Source: a virus. From it: a stretch of 42,534 nt of DNA. The position numbers were made by a program, and so were the translations under genes. Location of the stretch: the IMG/VR virus record IMGVR_UViG_3300045988_044701. One strand, 5' to 3'. The notes beneath the pieces are model-generated. The model was not told the origin of the DNA and ran no database searches. It saw only the letters and a program-made list of their open reading frames with translations. Shown here one piece after another: positions 24,479 to 31,830 of the stretch. Position 1 is the stretch's first letter. Every line of letters starts with the position of its first letter.

Positions 24479-24941
24479 GGTCTTCCTCTTCCTCTGGCAG
24501 CATCTCCACGTCATCCGGCGGGCTGATGTCTGCGGCAGCGCTCAGAGCCTCAAGCAGGCCATCATCCGGGGCTTCTATGCCGCTCTGGTCTCCCAGCATA
24601 GCAAACTTGTCCACGATGGTGCCGAACGCCGTGGACAGCTGCGGCAGCGTTGCCTCTGCGATCTTGTCCGGGTCTGCCATCGCTTTTAGGTACAACCCGA
24701 GAAGATCCTGCGCTTCCCCGCGCTTGCTGCCTAAGTAGGAAAGCATGTCCTGAGTGTTCTGCTCTTTTTTTAAGGCGCACAAATCCGCACACTTGGGATT
24801 ATCTTTCACGATTTTCCGCACGGTGCTTTCTGCCACGTCGTTCAGCTTGGCGGCTCTGGCGTAGCTCTGCAGCTGCACATAGTCAGCAACGATCTTCTTT
24901 TTTTGCCTGTCTGTCAGCCGCTTTGCACTCACCGCCACCAC
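24465..24941 (-). CDS. terS: Terminase small subunit (HTH N-terminus)
   Basis: 158-aa ORF with a GTG start, an N-terminal HTH-like LTDRQKKKIVADYVQLQSYARAAKLNDVAESTVRKIV, and an acidic tail. It lies upstream of TerL. Confidence 0.7.
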   Translation of the reverse strand: MVAVSAKRLTDRQKKKIVADYVQLQSYARAAKLNDVAESTVRKIVKDNPKCADLCALKKEQNTQDMLSYLGSKRGEAQDLLGLYLKAMADPDKIAEATLPQLSTAFGTIVDKFAMLGDQSGIEAPDDGLLEALSAAADISPPDDVEMLPEEEEDHAEK

Positions 24942-24944
24942 CTC

Positions 24945-25871
24945 TCATGTAACTGAATTTTTATACCGTTCAGCAAACCGTTCTTGTACAAACATCTTTT
25001 CGATATCAGACCCGCCTTTATTGCCAGTTCCCATAGAGGATTGCTTTTTTATGCTTGCAACCTCTTTGCACCCACTTGGCGCTTCATACTCGCTGATAAC
25101 AACCATGAACGGAACTTCGGCAAGCCACTTTTCAAATGATTCATGGTCAAAATCGCATTTGTATCCCGTACAATTCGTCCGTTTATAGGGGGGGTCTGCG
25201 TACACAACTGCATTTGACGGAATTTGTACGTCCCTGTAATCCCTTTGCAGACACTCAAGATTTTGCAAGCGTTCAAGGTTCTGCAAGCGTTCAAGGTTTT
25301 GCAAGCGTTCAAGGTTCTGCAAGCGTTCAAGGCTTTCTAGCCGCACAAGGCTTTCTAAATCATAAAGCCGTTTTTGCTTCACTTGATGTCCAAGCCACCG
25401 TGAATAAAGCCTTTTATATTCCTCGTTGTTCGGCTTGATGTCTTTTGAGCTACCGTCCGAGTTGATTCCGAACTCACGCAAAAGGGACGTATCGCCAAAC
25501 ACTCTTGCATAATGCAAAGCCTTTTTCCACGGTTCAATCTCTTTTGAATAGAGATAATCCCTTCTGTTGTTGCCGAAGCTCCAACAGAGCGAAACGTAAG
25601 GGTCAGAATCCTTCAGCCTATGAAAATCCTCACGGCTAATCCAACGCTTTTCGTTTGCATACTTGCCGTGAACAGCGTCCATGAACAACTGTGGGCCATC
25701 GCCGATGTCATTCGCAACAATGTGATTCCATTTTCCAGACAGCAATGCGGCGTGTGTGACTGCGCAACCGCCAGCAAACAGATCAATCAGCATGTCGCCA
25801 GCTGGAAGATTAGAGGCAACCCACTGTGCGATTTTGTTCTTACTGCCACGATACGGCACACCATATCTCAC
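24945..25871 (-). CDS. N6-adenine DNA methyltransferase (Dam / D12-class pattern)
   Basis: The N-terminal YRGSKNKIA and DLFAGG (AdoMet motif) and the DPPY catalytic motif (VYADPPYKRT) are present. GTG start after ggaggagg. Confidence 0.85.
   Translation of the reverse strand: MRYGVPYRGSKNKIAQWVASNLPAGDMLIDLFAGGCAVTHAALLSGKWNHIVANDIGDGPQLFMDAVHGKYANEKRWISREDFHRLKDSDPYVSLCWSFGNNRRDYLYSKEIEPWKKALHYARVFGDTSLLREFGINSDGSSKDIKPNNEEYKRLYSRWLGHQVKQKRLYDLESLVRLESLERLQNLERLQNLERLQNLERLQNLECLQRDYRDVQIPSNAVVYADPPYKRTNCTGYKCDFDHESFEKWLAEVPFMVVISEYEAPSGCKEVASIKKQSSMGTGNKGGSDIEKMFVQERFAERYKNSVT
25247..25354. repeat. 18-bp in-frame tandem repeat inside the methyltransferase gene
   Basis: Four near-identical units of gcaagcgttcaaggttct lie at 25265-25336, with degenerate flanking units. 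They encode (LERLQN)n. Confidence 0.85.
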
Positions 25872-25938
25872 GGCGGGCTCCTCCTCCCTCGCAAAAGAAA
25901 AACCGCCCGGAAATCCGAACGGTCAAAATATCGAATAT

Positions 25939-26012
25939 GTCGCTTGCAGGACTCGAACCTGCAACCGGCGGTTTTGGAGACCGCTGCTCTACCACTCTTG
26001 AGCTACGGGAAT
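25939..26012 (-). pseudogene. tRNA-Trp(CCA)-like element with a non-pairing acceptor stem (chimeric tRNA relic)
   Basis: The D arm GCTC/GAGC, anticodon arm GCGGT-CTCCAAA-ACCGC and T arm GCAGG-TTCGAGT-CCTGC are intact. The 5-prime ATTCCCG does not pair with the 3-prime AAGCGAC. The last 28 nt match the tRNA-Met 3-prime end at 25 of 28 positions. Confidence 0.55.
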
Positions 26013-26017
26013 ATAAA

Positions 26018-26093
26018 ACACCGCCCTTGGACTCGAACCAGCCAGCAATATCTCAGCTGACACGCGCTCCAGACTGCGCTCAGGCGGCCACAT
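26018..26093 (-). pseudogene. Degenerate tRNA-like element
   Basis: It has a GGTTCGAGTCC T-loop and a partly pairing acceptor (GGCCGCC / GGCGGTG), but no foldable anticodon arm. Confidence 0.35.
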
Positions 26094-26099
26094 GGCATT

Positions 26100-26131
26100 G
26101 AAAAAGCCCCGGGTTTGCGGTCTCGGGGCTT
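26100..26131 (-). terminator. Hairpin terminator
   Basis: Stem agccccg/cggggct (26105-26111 with 26124-26130), followed on the minus strand by a T5 run. Confidence 0.6.
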
Positions 26132-26574
26132 TGTTGACGCACATCCGGCGCGCAAGGAAAGGCGCGCTTAGGATTCCGGCTCTGCTGTTATGGAAAAATG
26201 CGTGTGACATAGAGAAGAAAAAGCCAGAAAGGAGGTGTTGCCGGTGGGGTGATGGGCCCCATGCGTCAGGCGGTTGCGGGTACAGCTGCCCCGCGTTATG
26301 GAGCGAGATCGCGGAGTCAAACCGCGCGGAGAGGAAGGCCTCGAACCTGCCCACTGCACTCAAAGTTGCGCAGCTCTGAGCGGAGCCGTTTCGGAATCTC
26401 GCATAGAAGCAGCCCACGAAACGGGGAAGGAGCGGGAAAGCATGAAAACCCGCCGGGCGGAACCGTTTCGGAGGCCGCGTGGCAAGCGTCGCGCTCAAAG
26501 CGCTGAATCGCTTGTAATTATTTTAGCCTATCCATGAGGATTTTAACAGGACACCGCGTATATAAAAACGCGCT
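26132..26574 (-). ncRNA. Non-coding, GC-rich structured tract (candidate leader or ncRNA)
   Basis: No plausible ORF. It contains a third tRNA-like T arm (ggaagg-cctcgaa-cctgcc, about 26333-26351). CCGTTTCGG occurs at 26386 and 26463, with the complementary CGAAACGG at 26417, which allows alternative hairpins. Confidence 0.4.
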
Positions 26575-27072
26575 TTATTTTTGTGCGTTTTTATCAAAAC
26601 TGTCCCAGATTTCCGCTAGAGTGATAAGCCCTCGCTTGATCCGGCTCCGAATGACGCGCGGGTCGAGAAAGCCCGATTCCTGCGCAATGACCGTTTGTGT
26701 CTTTCCGTTTACGTAGTATTCGCAGATGGCCTTTGCGCATTCCGGCAGCTCGTACAGGCAGTATGCCCGCCGGGTGGCTTCCATGCGCAGATTGCACAGG
26801 TCGGTTTCCATCCGCTGGAGCCTGCGCCGCTCATCCACGATGTTTGCGGCGCCCTCTCCAACCTTGTCCCCGTTGCCCGGTGCCAGCGGCATGCCCGTCA
26901 TGCTGGGCGTGATATGGCTGGCAAGCAGCCTTATCTGTGCAATTTTTGCACGCTGTGCCTCAACGGCCTTTTGACCGTCCCGGCACTGCTGAAACCATGC
27001 CTTGACGGTGCGGTAGTCCACGCCGCCGTCAGGCTTTGGCGTGTCGGTGTCAGGTGTCCATGTGTTGGTCAT
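26575..27072 (-). CDS. Late transcriptional activator (DUF1492 / RinA / sigma region-4-like)
   Basis: 165 aa from the ATG at 27072 (RBS aaaggag). It has the C-terminal HTH ICEYYVNGKTQTVIAQESGFLDPRVIRSRIKRGLITLAEIW and lies upstream of the packaging genes. Confidence 0.6.
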   Translation of the reverse strand: MTNTWTPDTDTPKPDGGVDYRTVKAWFQQCRDGQKAVEAQRAKIAQIRLLASHITPSMTGMPLAPGNGDKVGEGAANIVDERRRLQRMETDLCNLRMEATRRAYCLYELPECAKAICEYYVNGKTQTVIAQESGFLDPRVIRSRIKRGLITLAEIWDSFDKNAQK

Positions 27073-27328
27073 TGGTGCTCCTTTCCTCAAAATCGCGGCA
27101 ATATTCGGGCGAAATATCATACCCTTTGACTTTTTCTTTGTTTACAGAGCAAATATATCTGTTATACTTTTCGTTTCCATCTGGAAACTTTTTGCCCAAG
27201 TGGATACATCGTTCGCACAACCGAGGGTCTTTTTGTGGCTTGAATGGGTTTTTGAAGTCAAGAAATAGCGCCCATGCGGTTATTGACATCAAAAAGACAA
27301 AAAGCAAAATACCGAATAATTGAGACAC
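27050..27328 (-). CDS. Small membrane-anchored Cys-containing protein
   Basis: 92 aa with an N-terminal TM (LFGILLFVFLMSITAWALFL), then CERC...C...C. Confidence 0.5.
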   Translation of the reverse strand: MSQLFGILLFVFLMSITAWALFLDFKNPFKPQKDPRLCERCIHLGKKFPDGNEKYNRYICSVNKEKVKGYDISPEYCRDFEERSTNDQHMDT

Positions 27329-27331
27329 GTT

Positions 27332-27703
27332 CTACTCCTCCATTTCTTCAATCCAGATCTCCACTCTGGGGTTTTGCTTGTCGTAATCCACCCGGCTGCC
27401 ATCGTGGGCGGCAACGATCTTGCTGTTGTCGTCCTCCAGCACGCGGGCTTTTACCAGAATGTCCGTGGTCGCCTCGATGAGGTTTGCCAGATCGACCCGG
27501 CGGACTGTCTTCATGTAGTAAACGCACTTCACGTTCACGCGGGCAGAAATAGGGCTGCGTGGCCTTTTGATTTGCCGCAGGCAGTCCGTCTCATAATCCA
27601 CATAGGCCTTGCTGGGGGCCACAAAGCGCCCGCCCGAGCGGCTTTTGAGGATGCGGGCAGAGTTTTTCTTGGTGCGGGGGTCACCGTAGAGGGTCAGCTT
27701 CAT
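27332..27703 (-). CDS. rusA: RusA-type Holliday junction resolvase
   Basis: MKLTLYGDPRTKKNS... and the C-terminal DDNSKIV...VEI pattern fit RusA. 123 aa, with the start overlapping the upstream stop as ATGA. Confidence 0.7.
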   Translation of the reverse strand: MKLTLYGDPRTKKNSARILKSRSGGRFVAPSKAYVDYETDCLRQIKRPRSPISARVNVKCVYYMKTVRRVDLANLIEATTDILVKARVLEDDNSKIVAAHDGSRVDYDKQNPRVEIWIEEMEE

Positions 27704-28257
27704 CTGCCGTCCTCCACGTAGTACCAGCTTTGGGGCGGGCGCTCGATTCCGAATGCTTCTCCCCGGCAAATCAGCTTTTCTGCGTCCCATCTGCGGCAGG
27801 TGCAACAGTCTCCGCGATGCGTACAGGGTTGTATCGCCCAGAAATCTTTAAGCCGTACTGGCTCTTCGTAGAGTTTGAAGTTTGAAATATGCCAGAAAAA
27901 CAGGTCGGCGTAGAGTGCATTTTGTGATGCGTAGCGATGCAGCTCATCGTAGGGTACGCACGAATCTTTGGCAAATCGTTCATTAAACTCGTCCCGTTGC
28001 GCTGGATACGGAATCAAAGCTCGTTCGATTTTATCGCATGTAAACTCACCAATGATATTGCCATCCAACCGCTGCCATCCTTTGCCCGGGGCAATTAGGA
28101 GCCAGCCTATTTTGGATTTGCTTTTCGTGCAATAGACATAGCACTTGAATGGAGTCTTTAGATTCCCAGGCTTTGTTCTGCGCACCTCAAGGGTCTTTTT
28201 CCCCCGAATGATGAGGTCGCACCATTCAGGACGGATGCTCAAGAGAACAGCTTTCAT
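27700..28257 (-). CDS. ASCH-domain protein with a Cys-rich C-terminal extension
   Basis: LSIRPEWCDLIIRGKKTLEVRR is ASCH/PUA-like. The C-terminus carries CTHRGDCCTCRRWDAEKLIC. Confidence 0.6.
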   Translation of the reverse strand: MKAVLLSIRPEWCDLIIRGKKTLEVRRTKPGNLKTPFKCYVYCTKSKSKIGWLLIAPGKGWQRLDGNIIGEFTCDKIERALIPYPAQRDEFNERFAKDSCVPYDELHRYASQNALYADLFFWHISNFKLYEEPVRLKDFWAIQPCTHRGDCCTCRRWDAEKLICRGEAFGIERPPQSWYYVEDGR

Positions 28258-29414
28258 AGTTTCCCTCCAATCAGGTCGTCAATGTGCATCTGCACAGCCT
28301 GTTCCGGCACATCTTCCCAGCCGATGCCGATATAGTCCAGCACACGGCCCCAGCCGTACCAGTTTCCGTTTTCGTCCCGGCAGACGTGCTTCATCCAGAA
28401 CTCCCATTCTTTGGGGTTGGTTTCCCGCAAAATGTCAAACCGATGTGGCCTGCCCTCGATGTGGATGCCAAAGCCACACATTGTGCAGCCAGTGCGCTGT
28501 GCCTTTGTGGTGTACAGCTTGCCGTCTCTATCCTTCGCGATCTCGCCATATTCGGCAGGAATGGGCACATCTAGGTCAAGTGCAAGCTGCAAAACGTCTT
28601 GTCGGTCAAAAATGGCAAAAGGTGCGCTTCTGGTGGTCGTCTTGCCGAAGTAGTTGCAGCCGTGCATTTTCAGGCTCTTTTCACGCCGCCCGCCCTCACT
28701 GGCCATAAGGCCCATATAGGGAACGCTGTCGTGTTCACGTGCCCAGTCGTTGCAGGGCTTTTCCTTGAGGTAGTAGCAGCAGCGGTCTGACACTTTGAAT
28801 GGGGCCGCCTGATACCCAAGCGCCGCACCCTCCGCGTCTGCACCGCCAAACAGGTCGAGCCACTTTTGCGGCAGCTTCATCCGGCTGTTTTTTTGCCAGC
28901 CGCCGTATTCGCCGGTTTCCCCGGTGATGATCGCATGCCGCACGGTTGCGTTTTGCTCTGTCGGGTTTTGCAGCAGCATGATCTTGCCAGCCTTTTCCTT
29001 GCTGATGACTGGCCAGCCAAACTCCTGCAAGACCTGAACCTTGCTTTTCAACGGCTTCAGGAACACGAAAGACGGCGCTTCGCCATCGCCCATCCAGTTT
29101 TTGTATTCGGTCTCCATCTCTGCTGCCATCTTCTTGTGCACCTGCTGTACGCCTTTGCCTTCCAGCGAGGAGCAGGACACGCATGTAACGGGCAGCCCGA
29201 TGCTCTCCAAAAAGTAGTGCAGCGTGATGGAATCCAGGCCTCCCACGGACAGGTGCACGCCCTTGTCGTGCTCTTTTGCCCAGTAGTAGAATGCCTCGGC
29301 CATTTTCTGCGCGTGCTCCACCTTGCGCTTGTAATCCCACTTCTGCATCGTCTGAAAACGCTCGATGTTTGCCAAAGAGCCATTTTCAGCCATAATCTCC
29401 TGTACGGTTTTCAT
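28254..29414 (-). CDS. PAPS reductase / PP-loop ATPase family protein (DndC/IbrA-like)
   Basis: The PP-loop-like SVGGLDS is present. 386 aa, with C-terminal Cys motifs (GCTMCGFG). Confidence 0.65.
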   Translation of the reverse strand: MKTVQEIMAENGSLANIERFQTMQKWDYKRKVEHAQKMAEAFYYWAKEHDKGVHLSVGGLDSITLHYFLESIGLPVTCVSCSSLEGKGVQQVHKKMAAEMETEYKNWMGDGEAPSFVFLKPLKSKVQVLQEFGWPVISKEKAGKIMLLQNPTEQNATVRHAIITGETGEYGGWQKNSRMKLPQKWLDLFGGADAEGAALGYQAAPFKVSDRCCYYLKEKPCNDWAREHDSVPYMGLMASEGGRREKSLKMHGCNYFGKTTTRSAPFAIFDRQDVLQLALDLDVPIPAEYGEIAKDRDGKLYTTKAQRTGCTMCGFGIHIEGRPHRFDILRETNPKEWEFWMKHVCRDENGNWYGWGRVLDYIGIGWEDVPEQAVQMHIDDLIGGKL

Positions 29415-29427
29415 GCTTGTTCCTCCT

Positions 29428-29649
29428 TCATCTGTCCGCTCCTCCGTTCGCTCCCATGTACTTCTTGCGTCCCCGCTCCCGGTGGCGGTCCTCGTGGTCG
29501 TAGTGGTAGACCTTGCCTGTATCCAGCATCTCTCGGGTGTAAGCGGCTTCTGTGCCGCGCTGTCGCTTGTACTCGGCGTACTTGGGGCAGCTGTCGTGGC
29601 AGATCGGGTGCCGGTCGGGGCAGTTTTTGCAGGGGTTAAGGATTTTCAT
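29428..29649 (-). CDS. Small Cys-rich (zinc-binding-like) protein
   Basis: 73 aa from the ATG at 29649: NPCKNCPDRHPICHDSCPKY. Confidence 0.5.
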   Translation of the reverse strand: MKILNPCKNCPDRHPICHDSCPKYAEYKRQRGTEAAYTREMLDTGKVYHYDHEDRHRERGRKKYMGANGGADR

Positions 29650-29956
29650 TTTTCTGAACCTCCGGCATCGGCATCCATCTTGGATAAAGCTGCGGGTCAA
29701 CTGCCACAAAATCCCACGGCGCAGCTTGAGCAAATTTAGCATCCATAAAGACAGCAATCACTTTCCCGTATGCGGCATCCTTTTCCGTCGGTGGGTTCTC
29801 TGACGTCTTGCGCCAATGCATCCGGTTTGCAAGGTGGAGCAGCTCCACGGCTTCGTTCATCTGCTGTTCATCTTCACAATGGATGGTCACGTCAAAATCA
29901 CTGTCGTACATGTGTGCCTTTCCATCTTCACCAAAGGTCACAATCAATTCACCCAT
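29636..29956 (-). CDS. Hypothetical protein (106 aa)
   Basis: ATG at 29956 follows aaaggag. Confidence 0.5.
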   Translation of the reverse strand: MGELIVTFGEDGKAHMYDSDFDVTIHCEDEQQMNEAVELLHLANRMHWRKTSENPPTEKDAAYGKVIAVFMDAKFAQAAPWDFVAVDPQLYPRWMPMPEVQKNENP

Positions 29957-30521
29957 TTTGCAGCTCCTTTCTTGTTGGTTCGCTCGCCCGCAGCCTTGCC
30001 GCTTCACGCGGGGCGGTGGTGATATCGGCCTGCGCCTGCTTCAAAAACTCGGCACGGCGGTATGTAAGATCCGGCATTTCAGCCAGCTCTGCAAGCCCCC
30101 CAACGCTCCCGGCATAGGATTTTGCCGCCGGTGGGAGTTGGTCATACAGGGCTTGCAGTTCTTTCTGTCCGTCACTACGCAGCAGCCCGCCCTTTTCGTC
30201 AATGCCGGTCACCATCGGGAACTTGCGCCAGCTCAAAAATGTCTGTGCCTTTCGTGCCGCTACAGCCAGAGCTTCCCATTCAGCGGACGGGTCAAGACAC
30301 TGGGAAAGCTGCTTGAAGATGTCGGCCACCGTGACCGGATAAACGCATACTCGGTTCGCCGCCAGAAAAGCCCGCTTGACAGTATCGCCGTCATAGTCGC
30401 CAAACTGATACGTCCACACATCGATGGTGGTCTGCATCTCCTCATCGGTCAGAGGCTTGGAACCCAGCTTGTACAACACAAAATTCATGCGGATCAGCTT
30501 TGCCACGTCTTCCCGCGTCAT
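29949..30521 (-). CDS. Helicase-loader-like protein (G39P-type N-terminus)
   Basis: The N-terminal pattern LIRMNFVLYK...TIDVWTYQFGDYDGDTVKRAF...PVTVADIF resembles G39P-type loaders. It lies downstream of the DnaD-like gene. Confidence 0.5.
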   Translation of the reverse strand: MTREDVAKLIRMNFVLYKLGSKPLTDEEMQTTIDVWTYQFGDYDGDTVKRAFLAANRVCVYPVTVADIFKQLSQCLDPSAEWEALAVAARKAQTFLSWRKFPMVTGIDEKGGLLRSDGQKELQALYDQLPPAAKSYAGSVGGLAELAEMPDLTYRRAEFLKQAQADITTAPREAARLRASEPTRKELQNG

Positions 30522-31225
30522 GTCTCAAACCCTCTTTCTCTGTCCATCTTCGCCAGCACCCGTGCAAGCTGGTCATCTACGGTCTCGGTTGGCTGCTTGC
30601 CTCGCGGTCTGGCTTGTCGGCTTTGTTCGTTTGCTTCCACATCCCCCGGTGTGCGCAGGCCGTCTCGTTTCCATCCGGACAATATGCCGTTGATGTAGTT
30701 CCACGAGCGCTTTCCGGCTTCTGTGGCCTTGTCAATCGCCAGCAGGATCATCTCTGTGCTGTACTCCTGCCGCCACTTCTGTAGCTTGTCCAGAGCAGAA
30801 CGTGGGAAGTCTCCAACGGCCTGCTGATAATGCTGGACGATTTTAGAAAGTTCTACGTCAACGGCGGCGGCGCTATTATATATATCCCCGTTAGGGGATA
30901 TAACAGTAACAGTATCATTAACAGTATCATTAACAGTATCATTAACAGTAACAGATACAGCCGGATTTGCCGCGTTTTGCTGCTTTTGCTCGGCAAAATC
31001 GGCATTTGCCGGATTTGCCGCGTTTTGCTGACGTTTGCCGTTTGTTGCTTCTGCACCTTTTCGCCCTGCAGCGGAACGCTTTTCTCGCGTTTCATCCCAC
31101 TTTTTATCGTTTTCTTCCAGAGCGTCAGCCATAAAGTCCCATGCCATCACAAGCATTGGGTCTTCAAATTCCGGCTGTTCAGGAAAATCGAGCAGCGCCT
31201 CAAAAATGCGGCCTTTTTGTTCCAA
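30518..31225 (-). CDS. DnaD-domain replisome organiser (start uncertain)
   Basis: The C-terminal SWNYINGILSGWKRDGLRT is DnaD-like. Only a TTG start is available at 31225. The frame stays open upstream to the TGA at 31301-31303. Confidence 0.65.
   Translation of the reverse strand: MEQKGRIFEALLDFPEQPEFEDPMLVMAWDFMADALEENDKKWDETREKRSAAGRKGAEATNGKRQQNAANPANADFAEQKQQNAANPAVSVTVNDTVNDTVNDTVTVISPNGDIYNSAAAVDVELSKIVQHYQQAVGDFPRSALDKLQKWRQEYSTEMILLAIDKATEAGKRSWNYINGILSGWKRDGLRTPGDVEANEQSRQARPRGKQPTETVDDQLARVLAKMDRERGFET
30881..31030. repeat. Origin-like repeat cluster inside the DnaD-like gene
   Basis: A palindrome tatatcccc-gtta-ggggatata lies at 30881-30902. A taacag / taacagtatcat tandem array lies at 30901-30960. 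A 22-nt direct repeat ccggatttgccgcgttttgctg lies at 30961-30982 and 31009-31030. Confidence 0.55.
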
Positions 31226-31350
31226 GGATAGGCGACGCAGCGGTTTTTTCCATGACTTGTAGAGGATTATACTCTTTTTTTCTATCTCTTTCGTTTCAGC
31301 TCACCTCCTTTCCGGTACGCCCGTATAGCCAGATAGCACAGCTGCCAAAA

Positions 31351-31830
31351 TCAGAATGGGAGATCGTCCGCGTCGGAAATCTCGGCGAAGTCGTCCACGC
31401 TGCCCTGTGCGTAGCTCTGAGGCTGCTGCGGGGCACTGTGCGCGGCGTTTGCTTCTCGCACAGATTTTGCCGTCTGCTTCTCGTAGGACGCCGTGGCGGG
31501 CTTGTCTGCCGCCTTGGGGCCGCAAAAGCCGACTTCTGCGGCAAGAACCTCGGTTGCTGTGCGGTTGTTACCGTTCTTGTCCTGATATTGCCGGGTCTCC
31601 AGACGGCCCTGCACGGAGATCATGCTGCCTTTCTGGAAATACTTCGATACGAACTCCGCCGTCTTGCGCCACGCTGTGACCGTGATGAAATCCGCCTGGC
31701 GCTCTTCGCCCTGCGGAACATAACCGCGGTCAACGGCGACGCGGAACGTGCACACACTGTTCCCGCTCTGGGTGGTCTTCAGCTCAGGGTCGGCTACCAA
31801 ACGACCCATCAATGCCACAACGTTAAGCAT
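31351..31830 (-). CDS. ssb: Single-stranded DNA-binding protein
   Basis: An OB-fold N-terminus (MLNVVALMGRLVADPELKTTQSGNSVCTFRVAVDR) and the acidic tail DDLPF. Confidence 0.9.
   Translation of the reverse strand: MLNVVALMGRLVADPELKTTQSGNSVCTFRVAVDRGYVPQGEERQADFITVTAWRKTAEFVSKYFQKGSMISVQGRLETRQYQDKNGNNRTATEVLAAEVGFCGPKAADKPATASYEKQTAKSVREANAAHSAPQQPQSYAQGSVDDFAEISDADDLPF

Noticed and set aside
25247-25354. A regularly spaced repeat array that might be a small CRISPR array.
   Set aside because: The units are contiguous 18-mers with no spacers. They lie in frame inside the methyltransferase ORF. No cas genes or leader are present.
26018-26352. The second and third tRNA-like elements as functional tRNA genes.
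   Set aside because: The anticodon arms cannot be folded, the T stems have mismatches, and no CCA or proper acceptor is present. They are kept only as degenerate relics pending a tRNAscan-SE or ARAGORN check.
25989-26498. A 169-aa minus-strand ORF and several 60-95-aa ORFs covering the 26.0-26.5 kb region.
   Set aside because: The 169-aa ORF, the one I checked, has a TTG start. They have Arg/Pro/Ala/Gly-biased implausible sequence, lack RBSs, and overlap tRNA-like elements and hairpins. The region is treated as non-coding.
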